From NCBI GenBank assembly GCA_036785375.1, contig JAWMAR010000019.1, positions 248,001 through 312,000 of the forward strand: a stretch of 64,000 nt of DNA. Direction: 5' to 3'. Position numbers and translations under genes: made by a program. How positions within the stretch are numbered: position 1 is the first letter of the stretch; each line of letters opens with the position of its first letter. Origin of the DNA: Leucoraja ocellata. Lineage: Eukaryota. Positions 35,533 through 50,166 of the stretch are shown piece after piece. Below the pieces are notes generated by a model that was not told the origin of the DNA, made no database searches, and worked only from the letters and a program-made list of their open reading frames with translations.

Positions 35533-38500
35533 CTCTTACCAATCTAGATATTCTTTAAGACATTTCAACTAATATGTCACAGTGGCCAGTTTCAAATAGA
35601 ATCAATTATTCTGCACGTGTTTCCTCTCTCGCAATGCAAAACCGATCGGTTTATCTGATGATCTTTTAAATATAAATCCACACACCTACATTTTAAATTT
35701 TGGCTAGCAGCGTCTTATTTTTTGAATTGGGTACAATATTTGACAAATCAGCTTTGTTTTTAGAGTTAAAAGCTGGCTGTAGACCAGTTCACCTCCACGT
35801 TAAGTCAATGTTACACGCGTACAGAAGATATTCAGCTAAATTATCTTATCAATACAAAGAGAAATTTGACAGAAAGAAGAAGTGTTTTTTGACCACAAAC
35901 GTGCTGATCGGGTGAAATGTTTTATTTGACTATAGATCTGGGAGCATTGTTCAATAGTTGCCTCTGCTTGATCAGGAAGGAGCGTGACTGCCCTCTGTTG
36001 GCCAGTGTCTCAGATAGGATGGTGATCAACGAACCCTTTCCTTCCAGAGCAGTTCGATTTTACCTGGCGGCGTTTACCCCGTTTGCTGGTTTCGAAGTCA
36101 GATCATTTACATCTATAACCAACTTATCCCTTCTCATAAATTACCATTGACACGAAATGTTAACAATCCAATATGCTGATTATTTGGGAAAAACTAATTG
36201 GCAATGGAGAGGTGTATTTTCCCTTTTTAATATAATTTTGCTGTATACCGAATTCCATGCTAAACTTCAGGAAAGTGGTAACTACATCAGCGAAGTGCTA
36301 ACATCCATGCAGCAGGTTAAATTATTTTGTGGTTCTGAGGTTGTAGATTTTATATACTAGAAATATGTTGTGTTATTGCACTCTACAGTATATGTAAACG
36401 AGTAAACCATAACAAATATGAAATAATAACAACATTTAGTAAATGCCGTACATACAAAATTAAAAATGGTATACTTATTTATGAGTTTCTAGGTTATCTT
36501 CAGTTCTTAGGGTAAATGCAATCGTAACTTTAAAGTTGTGCAATCTATAGAAAACGTTGAACGCGATCGCTTTCGCCGAATTTCGTCCCATTTTCCTTAT
36601 GCCCACTTTTAAATTAGTTTCATACCAAGAGGTGAAATGAAGCCGTAAATGCAGAGAGCCGGAGTAATCGGATTAGCTCATAGATCTAACGCTGAGGGAA
36701 GTTTCGGACGTATTTCACTATTAAAATGAATTATTGAATTAGGCTCCGGTAATCGATCCAGTAATTTGATTTTACAGACTGTTTGAAAACACCGTGCTCC
36801 AACCAATCCACCCCCAAACCCCATAACCTCCGCAACGGCAGTCGCAGGCGCTCTAAAGCCAACTACAAAATAATATTAAATGTTACTTCCATCCACGTTT
36901 TGACATGCTTTAGATTCTCTCGGATAGAATGGAAGAAATTATTTTAGACTTCAAGGGCAGATTGTGCAAGAGATGTGTATTCCTAAACCGTTAGTATAGT
37001 CAGCTGGATTTCAATACAGCTATTACACCACGATATTTGCCCTGTCTTGTTCGCTTTCATCATGAGTATGATGAACCTGAATTATTTTCAGTTCCAAATG
37101 AATGGTTGAATGTCAATATGCGATTCCCTAAAAACGTAATATATTTTGTCCTTGAAATAGAAAATTGATGCAAAATGAAATGCTCGCCCGTGGGTGTGTC
37201 TGTGTGTGTGAGAGAGTGTGTAGTGTGGGAAGTGGTGAACGGGAGGAGGGTGAGGGGGGGGGGGGGGGGGTGGATTTCGAAATCAAGCCCCACTCTGTCT
37301 AAAAGTTGATGATAATATAATATAACCATATAACAATTGAGTATAGAAGTTGGGATGTTTCCGGGCTCTTCCTCAGTGGTTGTGTGGGTGGGTGTGGGGG
37401 TGGATGGAGGGCGCATGAGAAGAGGGTAGGGATGGGGGAGGGGGTGGGGTGGGGGTGGGGGATGGGGGAGGAGTAACATCCAGAATTGTAGCTGCCAGTA
37501 CATCAAATATTGGACATTTGTTATTGGAAACATGTTGGCACGATGAACACGGCCAGGCACCGTCAAATCTAAAGCAAAATCATAGTTTGAGGATGTTTGC
37601 AAGAATATTTAACTTCTATGCAGTAACGGTACACAGTTCATTGTTATAAAACTAAATGTGGTTTATTAAAGCAGGATAACACGTTTGAACGGGAATAACC
37701 CCTTTTAACCGTTACAAACCTCTAGCGGAGATATATTTTAGATAATATAACATGCGATATTGTGGTGCCGGTACCGGTCGATGTGTTGTGTTTTGGAACT
37801 CACGTCATGTTGAGAACAACGAGTTACTTGGTTACTTGTTCGACGTTCCTCTGTCTATAAATAAGTATCGCGGTCTATTCAAACTGCTCTCCCAACCGCT
37901 TCGACCCCGTCCATGAAATACCCAAACAGCTGGTCTTTAGCACCAGACCCAGAATAATTCAGATATTCAGGGGAAGAAATCCGAATAGGTTAAATCCGTG
38001 AAACCAATACGAACCTGTTGTCTGAGTAAATAGCTCGTTTCATTTGAGGAGTAAAAGTATGAACGGGTTATTTGTTCTCAGTTGATGAGCGATACAAATC
38101 AAGAGCGCGGCAACACGCTTTGCTCCAAAACTATATCGAAACTCCGTCAGAACTGTTAGAACCTTATTTGTGCTAATGCACGAACAAAGGCGACGACGCT
38201 AACATCCTTAGTAAACTTCTATGTTAAACGCAAGGGCTTGCAGCTACAATTTCAAACTAACCTATACAGGAGTTAAGGCACGGAATTATAAGGAGATGCG
38301 AATCCTAGATAAGGCTGTGAATACACAAACGTGTGATTACACCGACACATTCTGTGCAATAGAATGAACCTATTACGGAGTTACTCGCGGGGGTCCTAAA
38401 TAAAATCCCGAGAATGCTTTTTCACTAAAAATCAAATTGTGCATGAATAAACGTACCGTCGAGTCAAACGTTCACATTTATCCAATTAATCGAACTTCGA

Positions 38501-41500
38501 ATTAGAATAATACGGTTGAAAGCAGAACCTGTTAACATCATTAAGGCGCATACAGCCACCTGCCAGAGACTTAGTTATTTAAATACACATTGATACTTTA
38601 AAAGTTGAAATCCACTCTTGGTATAAAATGGGCATGGTATAAGCGCACGCGCACACACATATATGCAAAATAAAACATATAAACTAGGAATAAGTTTATG
38701 TCTATGTGCACGACAGCTGGAATGTGCCGACATGCATACAGACGATGCAAACAAGCGAGAGAAGTGAAACTTATAGAAAACCCATCCACTCACATGGCAA
38801 AGGACACACATGCATATTTAACCACTTTAACACACACGGTTGCACGCACACTCGGACACATAGATAAACAATAAGAAGGTGAAGGGTGCTCTCACCGTTA
38901 CAACAGAGATGTCTCATGTCAAACTTTGACTACAATGGGAAGAAAGTAACGAGCGCAGAGAAAAGGAGGTTTTAAAGGAAATCCCGTATCACGTTGCACT
39001 GCCATTGACTTTGGGAAACAGAACGTATATTAACAAAGTTACCTGAGATTGAGCTTCACTTTAATAAGAACAATTATTCGTACATATGTTTATATTGTTC
39101 TTATCTTAATCTAAACTCCATGTACCGTTGTCCATGGAGCCTTTGTGGCTATATTTTCAGCAATGTAATCCAATTTTATTTTTTTCGAAACTAACGATAA
39201 AGTTATCGTAAGATTTTTTTCTAAATGGCACTTGTTACCTTTCAATGAAATGTCTCCTGTATATTCAATGAAGTGGCCCGGTATATTACACAGATCCAAT
39301 GTGCCTCAATGATTACAACGCAAAGTGTAAATTACGGGGTATGCAACGAAAAAAGACACCCGTGTAAAATGTTTTGCAGATCAAACAGATCTTATCCGTA
39401 CAGTGAGCGTGATGTCGCAACTAAATTATTTGGTAATACCTTGCAGAATAATTTTTACTCTGTCTAAATTTCTACTATAAAGTAGTTAGCTCACGCACAA
39501 CATTGTAAAATAACCAACAAGGGCAAGGAGATGTTCTCGTTGGCCCTTCTACAAGGTAGAGAGCTTTGAATTTTATCGATGACTGTTATTCTTTTAGAAA
39601 ACACTGTTTTTTTTCTAAAATGCGGGAAATTAATACCGAATGTGTTAACTAAATATCAGTTCAAGTTGGTGGCTTTCTTGTTTACAAGTATCTTCGCGTA
39701 AATAAAAACTACTTATGTTTTACTGGAAAGGAACATGACGGTGTATTCAAGTTAAAACCGGGCAATGCTTATAAGAGTGGTAAATAATTTAGGGCAATGT
39801 ATTTTGACTTCCGCGTAGTAAAAGTTATCCAAAGTCCTTCAAATTATTATCCAATATCATTAGATTCAAAAGAATAACATGTTACGCAGGGCTTTAAGCA
39901 GGGAAGTGACACTTAGAAATTAGATTCTGGAGGCAAAGTTGTACAGTTGCTGTCCATAATAGAGACAATGGAGTGAGTTGATCGACGTTCAACTTAAAAA
40001 AAAATCCTCAGCAATACCAAACTTGTGGTAACCATTGTGACTAAAATCATAAAACAACAAAAATAAACCCCTTTCTATTTTATAACTTGTAAACGAATGT
40101 TCCCTAGATTTGCAACAGCAACGGTCCCCTTTCATATTCAAATGCATTGCTGTTCCTTTAATCTTGTGTCATGAAAGTTCTTTGCAATTATTTCAGTTCA
40201 GGGATACAATCTTTAACCTATTGTGGATTTTGGTTCAACCCTTCTGGGACTTTGATTTTCACAGTGCTTTTACTGTGGATGTGTACATATAATTTATAAT
40301 TTCTTTTTTTAAATTTCAGTACTATCAATTGACATGCGAGTTCCTGTGGGGTTTGCTTTAGACATTGCTGCTCGGAGGAATGGGCATATCGTTTAATAGG
40401 AGTTCGGTAGTTGAAGTTGGAAATCAAGTTTAATGTTGATGGGAATTAGTAGCTTGCGTGGTACATTGGTGCGCGTACACATGCGGAGAAAAAGATTAGG
40501 TGTTTAACAAAAATTATACTGTAGTCATAGGAAAGATCAACTCGTCAAAAAATGCTGCTGATATTTTAAAGTATTCCCTGCATTTGGGAAATGAATAGAA
40601 ATGTACCGTTAGATTTTTCTTTGTAATTTTGTGAAAATAATTAGGGGAATATCGCACTCTATTTCCAGTTACGCTAGATCCATGGCTTCCGCAAGTGAGA
40701 AATCTGCTTAATATTTAAAAACAACCAGGCACATAACAAGTAAAAGGAAAAAAAAATCAGTTTTCTTCACAATGTGTAAAAAAATCATCCCTATACAGTT
40801 AGAAAGTTTATGACTGTATTTACTTTTTATCCTTAGTCCCAAAGCAATAGAAAAAAAAAAGAACAGAACGGAAAGTCAATCAATTATTAATCCATTTGCA
40901 ATTGTTGACTTTCGAGGGATTGGGAAAAGGATCTACGTTTGTGCATCGTTAATAAAAGTGCGAGTTAATACAGGATCAGGTTATTTGCTCGGTCTGCCGA
41001 CCAATCCTCAATTCACCGAGAGAATTTTGCATGAAATGCTGGAACGAATGCACACAGGCACAACAAAGTGTGGCTCCAAATACCGAGAAATGTTGCCAGA
41101 AAATAAAGGGGTTATTTTCGAAAGATAGCAAACGACGCTGCTAATAATTTGCTATGGAAACTAATTCGAGGAAAGTCTAATTTACAAGGGATATGTCAAT
41201 TGCTGTCATTTGTTCCACTGAATATGTTGCAAACAAATTTGAAACAGAAGAACATTTCTAACATGTCTGAAAGGTTTTCTCTTTGATCCTCTGATTTAGT
41301 TTTCCAATTCACAAGAGCCAGATTAATTCGCAACATTTTAGTCAGCTCGAAAAATCTAACAGCGTTTATTTTCTCGAAAAAAAATATTGCGAATTACTCT
41401 GGCTTGTGAATTGCAAAACTGAATCAGGGGATCAAAGGGTAAACCTTTCAGACATGTTAGACATTTTATTTCGAGAAAATAAAAGTTACTTCCACATTCC

Positions 41501-43984
41501 AGCAGAGCTGTGCTCCTGCTGGGTGGGGGCACTACGAAGGTAGCCTCGGCGAGTAGCACTGCTGTCGGCTATATTGCTGAATGTTTACTAACAATTCTGG
41601 CAACTTTCTAAAAACATTTAGGCAAGTGAATGCTATGCTGCTTCAGATAGGATATATCTTGTCAGTTGTTAAGTACGGTTAATCGCTGGCCTCGATGGAT
41701 ACATATTTCCTTAATGGAAATGTGATTTGAATATTTTTTCAGCACCGACACATTCAATAGCACATCCAAACTTCCCAACATGCACACGAAATGTGAAGTG
41801 TTTTGAAAGTTGGTGTGTCTGAGTATGTTAGACTGGGGATCGCGGTTCCAACTCTTCGAGCGTGGTACAACGGTGTCCCCTATCGGTTAAAATAAGAAAC
41901 TACAACTTTCAATGGTTTTCAAAACCTGCAACAAATACAAACAAAAACCTGTCCGAAATGAATGCTTAAAAAAAAGAAATTCTATACTGCGACATCATTG
42001 CTTTTAATCTTTTTTTTTGCGGGGGGAGGGGGGATTAAACTGAACAGAATTGTTTGAGAATTCGATGGAAAGTAAGATTTATTTGCAGAATCGGTAACAC
42101 ATCCAGCGTGGCCAAATCATTTGCTGATTGTTCTTATCAGAGTGACTGTTCTCTCTGATCAATCAATCACACATTGATCAGTCCATCTGAAACCTGGGTC
42201 CACAGTTTTATTGCGATGTACTGCACAGACAAGTAATAAAACACGGATTCCATTACAATCTCAAATTGTCATGTTAGTTCATTTAAGATGTCATGGTATA
42301 ACTGCCACCGTGCAATGTTTATCATTAATTAAACAAAATGTTGTTATATTATGGTCAATACCAGTTAGTTCCGGTGAGTGACAATGTACATGTTAATGAG
42401 ATTATTTAGTTTCAATTGAAGGTGAATGATATTAGTTCTACTCGGTAACACACTAATATGATGCTCTCGATAAAATGCAAAACATTACATAGTCCCGCCC
42501 TGCGACAATCACTCTGGCTGAATTCAGAACATCACAAGTAATTATTATTCCTTAGATAAAAGTCTTATTCGGGATTCCTTTAAAACGTCAGCTGCAAGCA
42601 CTTGTATTCACGTGGCCGCACATGGCAAAATATAGCCGATTTCATTCAGTAGAAATATTAGCTTCCCGGGTCACCAAGTTCAACTTCGTTTCCATTTCTT
42701 CCAAACCCGAGTGAGTATCTGAGGTTGCTGCGAGTTTCAGAACTACTGTCGTGGCATTACCAGCAGACACGCCATTAGGATATTAAGGTTTGCAAGTTGT
42801 GACAGCCGAAAACAACATTAAAATAGTTTTATCATGTTATGATTATATGAGATATGTATCGTTGGCAGAATGGAGGAAATCACCACGTTTATGGTTTGAA
42901 TGTGAAGTTACTTTATGGGTTATCATTACAATCGGATTATTTCACTTCACATAACACATCGTTTTTAAAGTACAAACTGTAACAGGTGACAAAACCAGCA
43001 TTAGCTTTTGAGCTAAATGAACGATATTCAACATTAAACAAAGACGTATAAAAAATATTTGGTATTATTTGCAAATTTATTTTAATAGGTATAGTTTAAC
43101 CCACGTGTAAGGAATTTGCTCAGCTTTGCTCGATCGCTAAATGCGGAAACTATCTAGATTTCTGCTTAAGCACCCGGTATCAAAAATAACTTTGACGTTC
43201 TCTAAGTTGTTGAGGTAACCGAGATGAAGTCCACAAACAGCAACGAATTGACTTTCCTTTCGTACTCCAACACACAATACAACTTTGAAAACAAGCTCGC
43301 CCCTGGGATGCTGTAATTTACACTGTATATTTTTAATATCTTGGTATTGCAATGTTTATCATGGCTTATATATGTGTGTTATTGTATTTCGATTAAGAGG
43401 AAGTTTTTTTTCATGCCATTCACGGAGTTACAAATGTTTCCCGCAGCGCCCTTCGGCGATAATAACAAAATGTAGTTACGGATAACGAGTGTGGCGAATA
43501 CGAGGATGCTTAATTGGTGGAATATCTGTCCGGGGGTCGAGTTTTTGTTTTATATAAAGGGGAGACTAAGGTAGTGGATGATTTAAATTGCACACAATTA
43601 AAGAAGGAGGAATCTGAGGAGACTTTGTTTCTTTATTTTGAAATGAACAAGAGTCAGGTTTCCAAATAATGTGTGACCTATTTTTGGAATTGCTATCACA
43701 TTAAAAAGAGAATGTGTCGAGTTAACAGACGTTTATAACAAACACGGCATTCCGAATATTGTAATGCAGGCAATGCCTGATTAGGGGAATATTCCTACTG
43801 AAGAAGGTCAATGAAACAAGCCCTTGGTTCACTTTGTCATTTAACAACTATCGAGCAGTCAATCCGTCCTTACCATATACAAACAGCTTTAGGATTTCAC
43901 TGACTGCCTTGATGTCAGGTACGATCAAATCCATCCTTCCCTCGTCACGTCTGATATGAACATTTTAAGGAACATCCTGTGAAT

Positions 43985-44110
43985 ATTCCACATCACAATG
44001 TCTACTATTCAAGTTTCTTCATTGGCTGCAAAGCGCTTTTGTGGTCACGAAGGTTCTTAGAGGCTTAGAGCAAGGAAATAGGCCTTTTGACCCACCGCGT
44101 CCAAACCGAT
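43985..44110. mobile_element. Short Deu-SINE 3' relic followed by a CR1 tail relic
   Basis: ttcaagtttcttcattggctgcaaagcgcttt; ggaaataggccttttgacccacc. Confidence 0.4.
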
Positions 44111-45494
44111 CTTTCTACGTTAATCCTCTATTTACTCCCCTCGCATCCCTTTTCATTCCGCTCGCCCTATTAGCGCCATTTATTCCCTATTGTTCATTGT
44201 CATACCCTCCTACACTGTCTTCATTCCTTATGCGAACTTACAGCATGAACACAGTGGCCTGCCCACACCCAAGGCCCGGATCCAGTTAAATTCCTCATCG
44301 TTTGCATTGATCGTCAAAAGACCGTGGTCTGAAATGTCAGTGCGTTTACACAAGATATGGGCGGAAATTAAGCGTTGTAACATTTTGCAACGCCCCACTC
44401 TGTGCTGTTTAGTTTTGTGTTTGTTTAATAATAACTTTAAGAGCAGGAGCCTACATCTCCGTTCAACCAAAAAGGCTCAACTTACTCATTAAGCTCAACT
44501 ATTCCGACCTCATTAAAGCTTTCCTTAGGTTGCTTGAAAGGCTAAATAAAAGTACGGAGTCAGTACGAAATCAATGTTTCCAAACCGGTTCACACTCACA
44601 ATCAAAGCTTGCAAATGGATTTAAATTGAAAATGAATGTCAAGAAGCCAACCTTGAACAGGTGCTTCTGCCAGCGGGAAGCACCTCCACCGACCCACTTC
44701 ATGAATTAAACAAGCCGCCTATGTTAGGCGTGTTACCGGAGTCTTTAAGATTCCCTATCTCCATACTGCTGTGAAGAAATAAATTTGGGATGGGGGTAAA
44801 AAATGTTTGTTTTTTTTGTGATTGGCAAGTCTAGATTTTGTAGGCAATAACTTGACAGGACATGTACCGCATTGAAGGCCAGGGATTGAACAGAAAAGGC
44901 GCATCGTCGGCAAAATGTGCTTGAGTTTGTTATGTCAGGACTCCAGTATGGATTCATGCAAGTAACCTATCTCAGAATTGCTTTTCACCGTCGTGAACCT
45001 GACAATTAATGATCATAGGCTCCCACCTTGATTTTAATATGATATATAAATATATGAATGGCGATTTGTTTAACACGAACGAAAGTCTGCTCAATACCAA
45101 ACACACGACATCAAGATTTCAAGTTTGACTAGATCGCACCGAACACTACCGCGAATTAAAAATTGGTCCACTTTCTTGCAAATATTAACTTATCGCAATT
45201 TGAATTATTGATCCAACTTCCTTGTAACCAATCTCAACTTTGAAGAGATCATTTAACATCTTGCAGTAATTTGATTAAAAAAAAATCTACAGTAGGCCCA
45301 GATTTGTTATTTTCATTATATGCAAAATAATCTAACTAAAATGTTTATTGAAACACTATAAGACTAATTCTTGTTCATAGGGAAATACATTAAATCATAC
45401 TTTGTGGCATTTAATTAAACTAAATCTCAATGCAATCACCAGCACACGTTATGGTAAATTTTACAAAGAAAATATATAATATCTGGCGGGGAAA

Positions 45495-45665
45495 AAAATG
45501 TAGGAAGAACTCAACCGGTCAGGCAGCATATATGCAGGAAAACAGGCAGACGGCATTATCGGTGCAGATATTTCTTCAGACCTCAGATACCTGATCCGCT
45601 GACTCCTCCATCAATTTGTTTGTTTTTTTACTCAAGATTCCAGCATCTGCGGTCTTTTATGTCTC
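45495..45665. mobile_element. Decayed PLE-derived insertion
   Basis: gaactcaaccggtcaggcagcat...ttcttcagac...cctgatccgctgactcc...gattccagcatctgc. Confidence 0.6.
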
Positions 45666-46144
45666 GATTGTTTGCGAAGACTGATACAGTAAGGACTGTG
45701 GCGATGCTTCAGTCTGGTTTCAACGTTTTTCACAGAGATCCGTCATTTAATCTTCAGCCTAATAATATTTAACACACTCTAAAATTATTATTTTAAGTGA
45801 ATAATCTAATTTCAATTAAAGTAAGGTGCCTGATGGCATTCGACTCGACGAGCGAAGTAGAGCATTGGCTTTATAAATGTCATAAAAACACAGTAAAATG
45901 TTAATTTTCAGATTCTCCCGAAAATGACAAAACTGGTTCTTTGTAAAAAAAATCGCAATATAGAGTTAACACATGTGTTAACGTTAAGACTGGCACTGCG
46001 TTGTACAGTGCACATATATTTCTTAGTGACACATCTCGATAAAATGAAGAGTTGTACAGCTAATTGTAATTACGGAACTTCAGTTACCTACAGTTTAAAC
46101 ATCGGCAAAACCCATTGAAAGCAATTGATTAGTCAGTTTCCAGT

Positions 46145-47880
46145 TATAATCGGAGTAAAGGAGAGACTCAGAATATGTTGACAAGGTACTAAATGAATAC
46201 TTTGCACTTGTATTCACCAAGTAAAAGGACATGGATGAGTTAGATCTGTGTGGGTTTACTAAGTTGGAGTTCATAAATTCATGTTACAGGAGCAGAATTA
46301 GGGCATTCGGACCATCAAGTCTACTTCACCATGCAATCATGGTTGATCCATCTTTCCATCTCAACCCTCTACACCTAGCCTCACCCCCATAATTCCTGAC
46401 ACCTGTACATTCAAGAATCTGTCAATCTTCACCTTAAAAAATACCCAATGACTTGGCTTCCACAGCAATGAATTCCACAGAATCACCATTCTCTGACTAA
46501 ATAAATCCTTCCTTATCACCTTTCTAAATCTCCATCTATTATTTGGAGACTTTGGTCCTAGACTCTCCCATTAGTGGAAACATCCTCTCCACGTCCACTC
46601 TTTCCAGTCCTTTTATTATTTGGTGCGATAGAGAAGCAGATGATGTTGGAACCATTGAAAAGCATGATGATAAATCCCTAAGGCCTGATCAGATCTATCC
46701 CAGGCTATTGAGTGAGGCAACAAAGGAGATTGGAGGGGCCTTGATGAAGATCTTTCTATTACCTCTAAACACAGGTGGGGGTCACAGATGACTGGAAAGT
46801 AGCCAATGTTTTTACTTTGTTTAAGAAGAGAAGTAGATATTATCCAGGGAGTTATCAGGCAAAGCTATTTGGTGAAGATTCTTCAGGATTGGATTTACTC
46901 ACATTTGGAAGAGAATGTGTTAATTGGGGGTAGTCAGTGTGGCTTTGTCTACAAAAGGTCATGACTTACTAACTTGATTGGGTTTCTTGAGCTGGCAATA
47001 AAGGTAATTAATGAGGGCAAGGCAGTGAATGTTGTCTACATGGATTTTTTTAAATAATGCATTTGATACTCCCCCATGGTGTATATATAGATGACTAGGA
47101 CATGAATGTAGATGGGTACATTAGTAAGTTTGTAGACAATACCAAATTTGGTGGAGCTGCAGACAGTGGAAAAAGCTGACGAGGGCTACAGCAGGATATA
47201 GCTCCCTGAAAGTGTCAACACAGGTAGATAAAGCGGTGATGAAGGTATATGAGATACACTGCATCAGTCGGGGCATTGAATATGAGTCAGAAAGTCATGT
47301 TGCAGCTGTATAAAACTTTGGTTTGGCCACATTTGAAATATTGTGTGCTGTTTTTATTACCCAATTGCAGGAAGTATGTGGTTTCAGGGGAGGGTGCAGG
47401 AAAGGTTGTAGCAGTATTCTGCTTGAATTGGAGGATTTTGGTTATAAGGAGAAGTTGAACTAACATGGCTTTGTTGTTTCAGGAATGTCAGAGGTTGAGG
47501 AGGAGACGTGTTTGAAGTACAATAAATTCTGAGAGGCATAAATAGGGTAGACAATCACAACCCCTTTCCCAGAGAGGAAATGTCAAAGACTAGAGGGTGT
47601 AGCTTTCAGGTCAGAGGAAGAAAATGTAAAGAAGATGCGTAGAGCAAGTTTGTTCCATAGAGCGTGGTGGGTGCCTGGAATGCGTTGCAAGTGATGGTGG
47701 TGGAAGCAGATACATTAGTGGCGTTTAAAAGGTTTTTAGATCATTATGTTGGTATGCAGGAAATGGAGGGATATGTATCACATCCAACCTGAGTAGATTA
47801 GTTTAACTTGGCATTATGTTCGGCACAGACATTGTGCCTGAAGAGCATGTCCCTGTGCTGTACTGTTCTAAGTTCCATGT
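46145..47880 (+). mobile_element. Decayed CR1 ORF2 to 3' end, with nested minus-strand CR1 3' end (about 46265-46620)
   Basis: VLNEYFALVFTK; DKSLRPDQIYPRLLSEATKEIGGAL; MLQLYKTLVWPHLKYCV; 3' tail ccctgtgctgtactgttcta. Confidence 0.85.
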
Positions 47881-50079
47881 TCTTTATATATGTGTATTGA
47901 AATAGGAGGACCTTCCAAAACGTAGATAAGAACATAAAATGTTCCCCTCTCTCTCATAGCTGTTCAAAGTCTAGTTATACTTCATGGACCCCAAATCCAT
48001 TTAGTTTCATGGTTAAATCTAGGTTCTGGCTATCAAATTGGAATTTATTAAATCCTAACCATTCAGTAGTACTTCCAGTTACTACAGAGGGACATCATTT
48101 ACAAATAGACTCGAGGCTACAATCTCCTTCTAAATGATCTATATATCTTTCTCCTAATATCCAAACAGCGGGGAATGTTAGCCGACATCACTTTGCTGAT
48201 CCAAATCAATAAAACATGTTTCTTTATTTTCTGCATATGCCACATTGATATTATAATGAAACAGGAAAAAAAAGACATTTTTGAGCATAATGCGGGCTTG
48301 TGGCGGGAGTTTAATTTTGTACATGATTTTTTTCCAAGTCTTCATTTACCAGAGGCTGATGCTACAACATCTGGTTCATCCCACTTAACCTTGACAGGAA
48401 AATCAAAGCACAAATAAACCAAGGTAATATTCTTTATTTCATGAAACTCAGCCTCATTTATTATATGATAAAATACTGCTCTTGTAATCATTCTTGATTC
48501 CACAAAGATCCTCCACCACCTACGATGCAAAAGAAAGGACTGTGATGGAATATTCTCCATTAACCTAAACGGATGCAGCTGCAGAAAACTCAAGGAGCCT
48601 CAAACATTCAGGAACATTTTCATTTAATCAACGTGCATTAACCTAATCATCGACGACCAGAATGCCAATCCCACAGAGTGCAATGTAGCAACTTGCTGTG
48701 ACATCTTTGGTAGCTTCCCCAACAAAAGCACAATCTTTGTATTGCAGCCATATCTGAGATGCATTATGAACACCATCAACTCCAGGTTCCTTCTGCAGAC
48801 ACGCCATAATGTCTTAAACTTTTATAATTAGTTGCTAAAGTTCCTGCAACAGTATTGCACTAGCTCCTTTATCATATAGAGTATTAAAGCCTAAGAAATG
48901 TCCTTTAACTATCACTAGGTAACAAGGGATTAACATTAAATGCCATGTCGATCCTTAATCTGCACAATTTCAGAATTTAAAACAAAGTGTTTAACTGTAC
49001 TTGGTACCAATCAAACAACGGAGTTAATATTAAAGATTTCAGTAGTAAATTGATGGGTGATACAATATTAGATGGTGAAAATATGTCAGAAGAGTTGAGA
49101 ATACACATGGCATTCAGTCTTGATACAGATAGGTTGTCATAGAATCCCTCCAATAAAGCTTCAAACGTATATTTGAAAAGATCTTAGATCTAATCTTCAG
49201 AATCACAGAGCTCACAGAGGGATCAAGCATTTGAAAAAGTAAATAGATACTGTGGAAGAATGAAAATCAGAAGCCCATGAGCAAATTGTAATACTTAGCT
49301 GTGAGGTAAGCGGGAAAGAAAGAAAAACAAGCAAAGCAGCCCTTAATTTGGTAATTTTCCCATCCACGTGGTCAAATGTGAAAGGGAGATAAAATGCAAC
49401 GTTTTCCAAAGTAGAAGATGCAGGAAATGCTGAGCAAGTCAGCAAGAAGCTGTGGTGAAAGTCAACACCTTCATTCCAAGTCCAACCCTAACATTCACCA
49501 AAAGACAAACCGTGACCGGTAGGACTCAAGGCAGCTCATACCATCCTGATCTACTATAAATCCAATGGAAAACTACCAGAGAAAAACATGTACAAAAAGG
49601 AACATTATACAGACTAAATCTGAAAGTAAGTACAAAGAGTGCTTGGAGCTGTTTAGCAGGCATGGCAACATGTATAGAAATAAGATTGCTGCCTACCTTG
49701 TAGCAGTTCATGCATTTTCTATTTTTACAAATAAATTTAGTCGAAACTTTATGACAATATTTCACTTCTCTCTAATTAAGCCATCTCCTATAATAATTAA
49801 TTTCACATCAAGCAAGGTAAAATAATCAGCAGCCCTCAGAGATCTAGAATGCACAGCAAACAGATCAATTTAAAACATCCCATTATGTTCACCACTGGGA
49901 CCGTGCAAAAGAAAAAACAACTGCAGTTGGTTGAGTGTGATGGAGGCAACAAATGAACTCCATCTTCCTGTGGGATCCTGCCCAATGTGACTGGATTCAG
50001 ACCAAGTCAAGAGGTGTTCAGGTGGGAGCCAATTCTGTTGAACCGGCTGAAACACTGAACTGGTCAAATGTAAACATGT

Positions 50080-50166
50080 GTGGTCTTTCTGCTGACTGGT
50101 TAACACACAACAAAAAGCTTTTCACTGTACCTCAGTACATGTGACAATAAAATAAAATAAACTAAG
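50080..50166 (+). mobile_element. Non-LTR (Rex1-like) 3' tail fragment
   Basis: aaaagcttttcactgtacctcagtacatgtgacaataaa; reversed copies at about 29775-29822 and 60915. Confidence 0.55.

Noticed and set aside
37235-37471. G-run clusters able to form G-quadruplexes (also ~29575-29630); Pro-rich ORF 37060-37602
   Set aside because: Poly-G/C runs are frequent throughout the window; the ORF is a low-complexity artefact.
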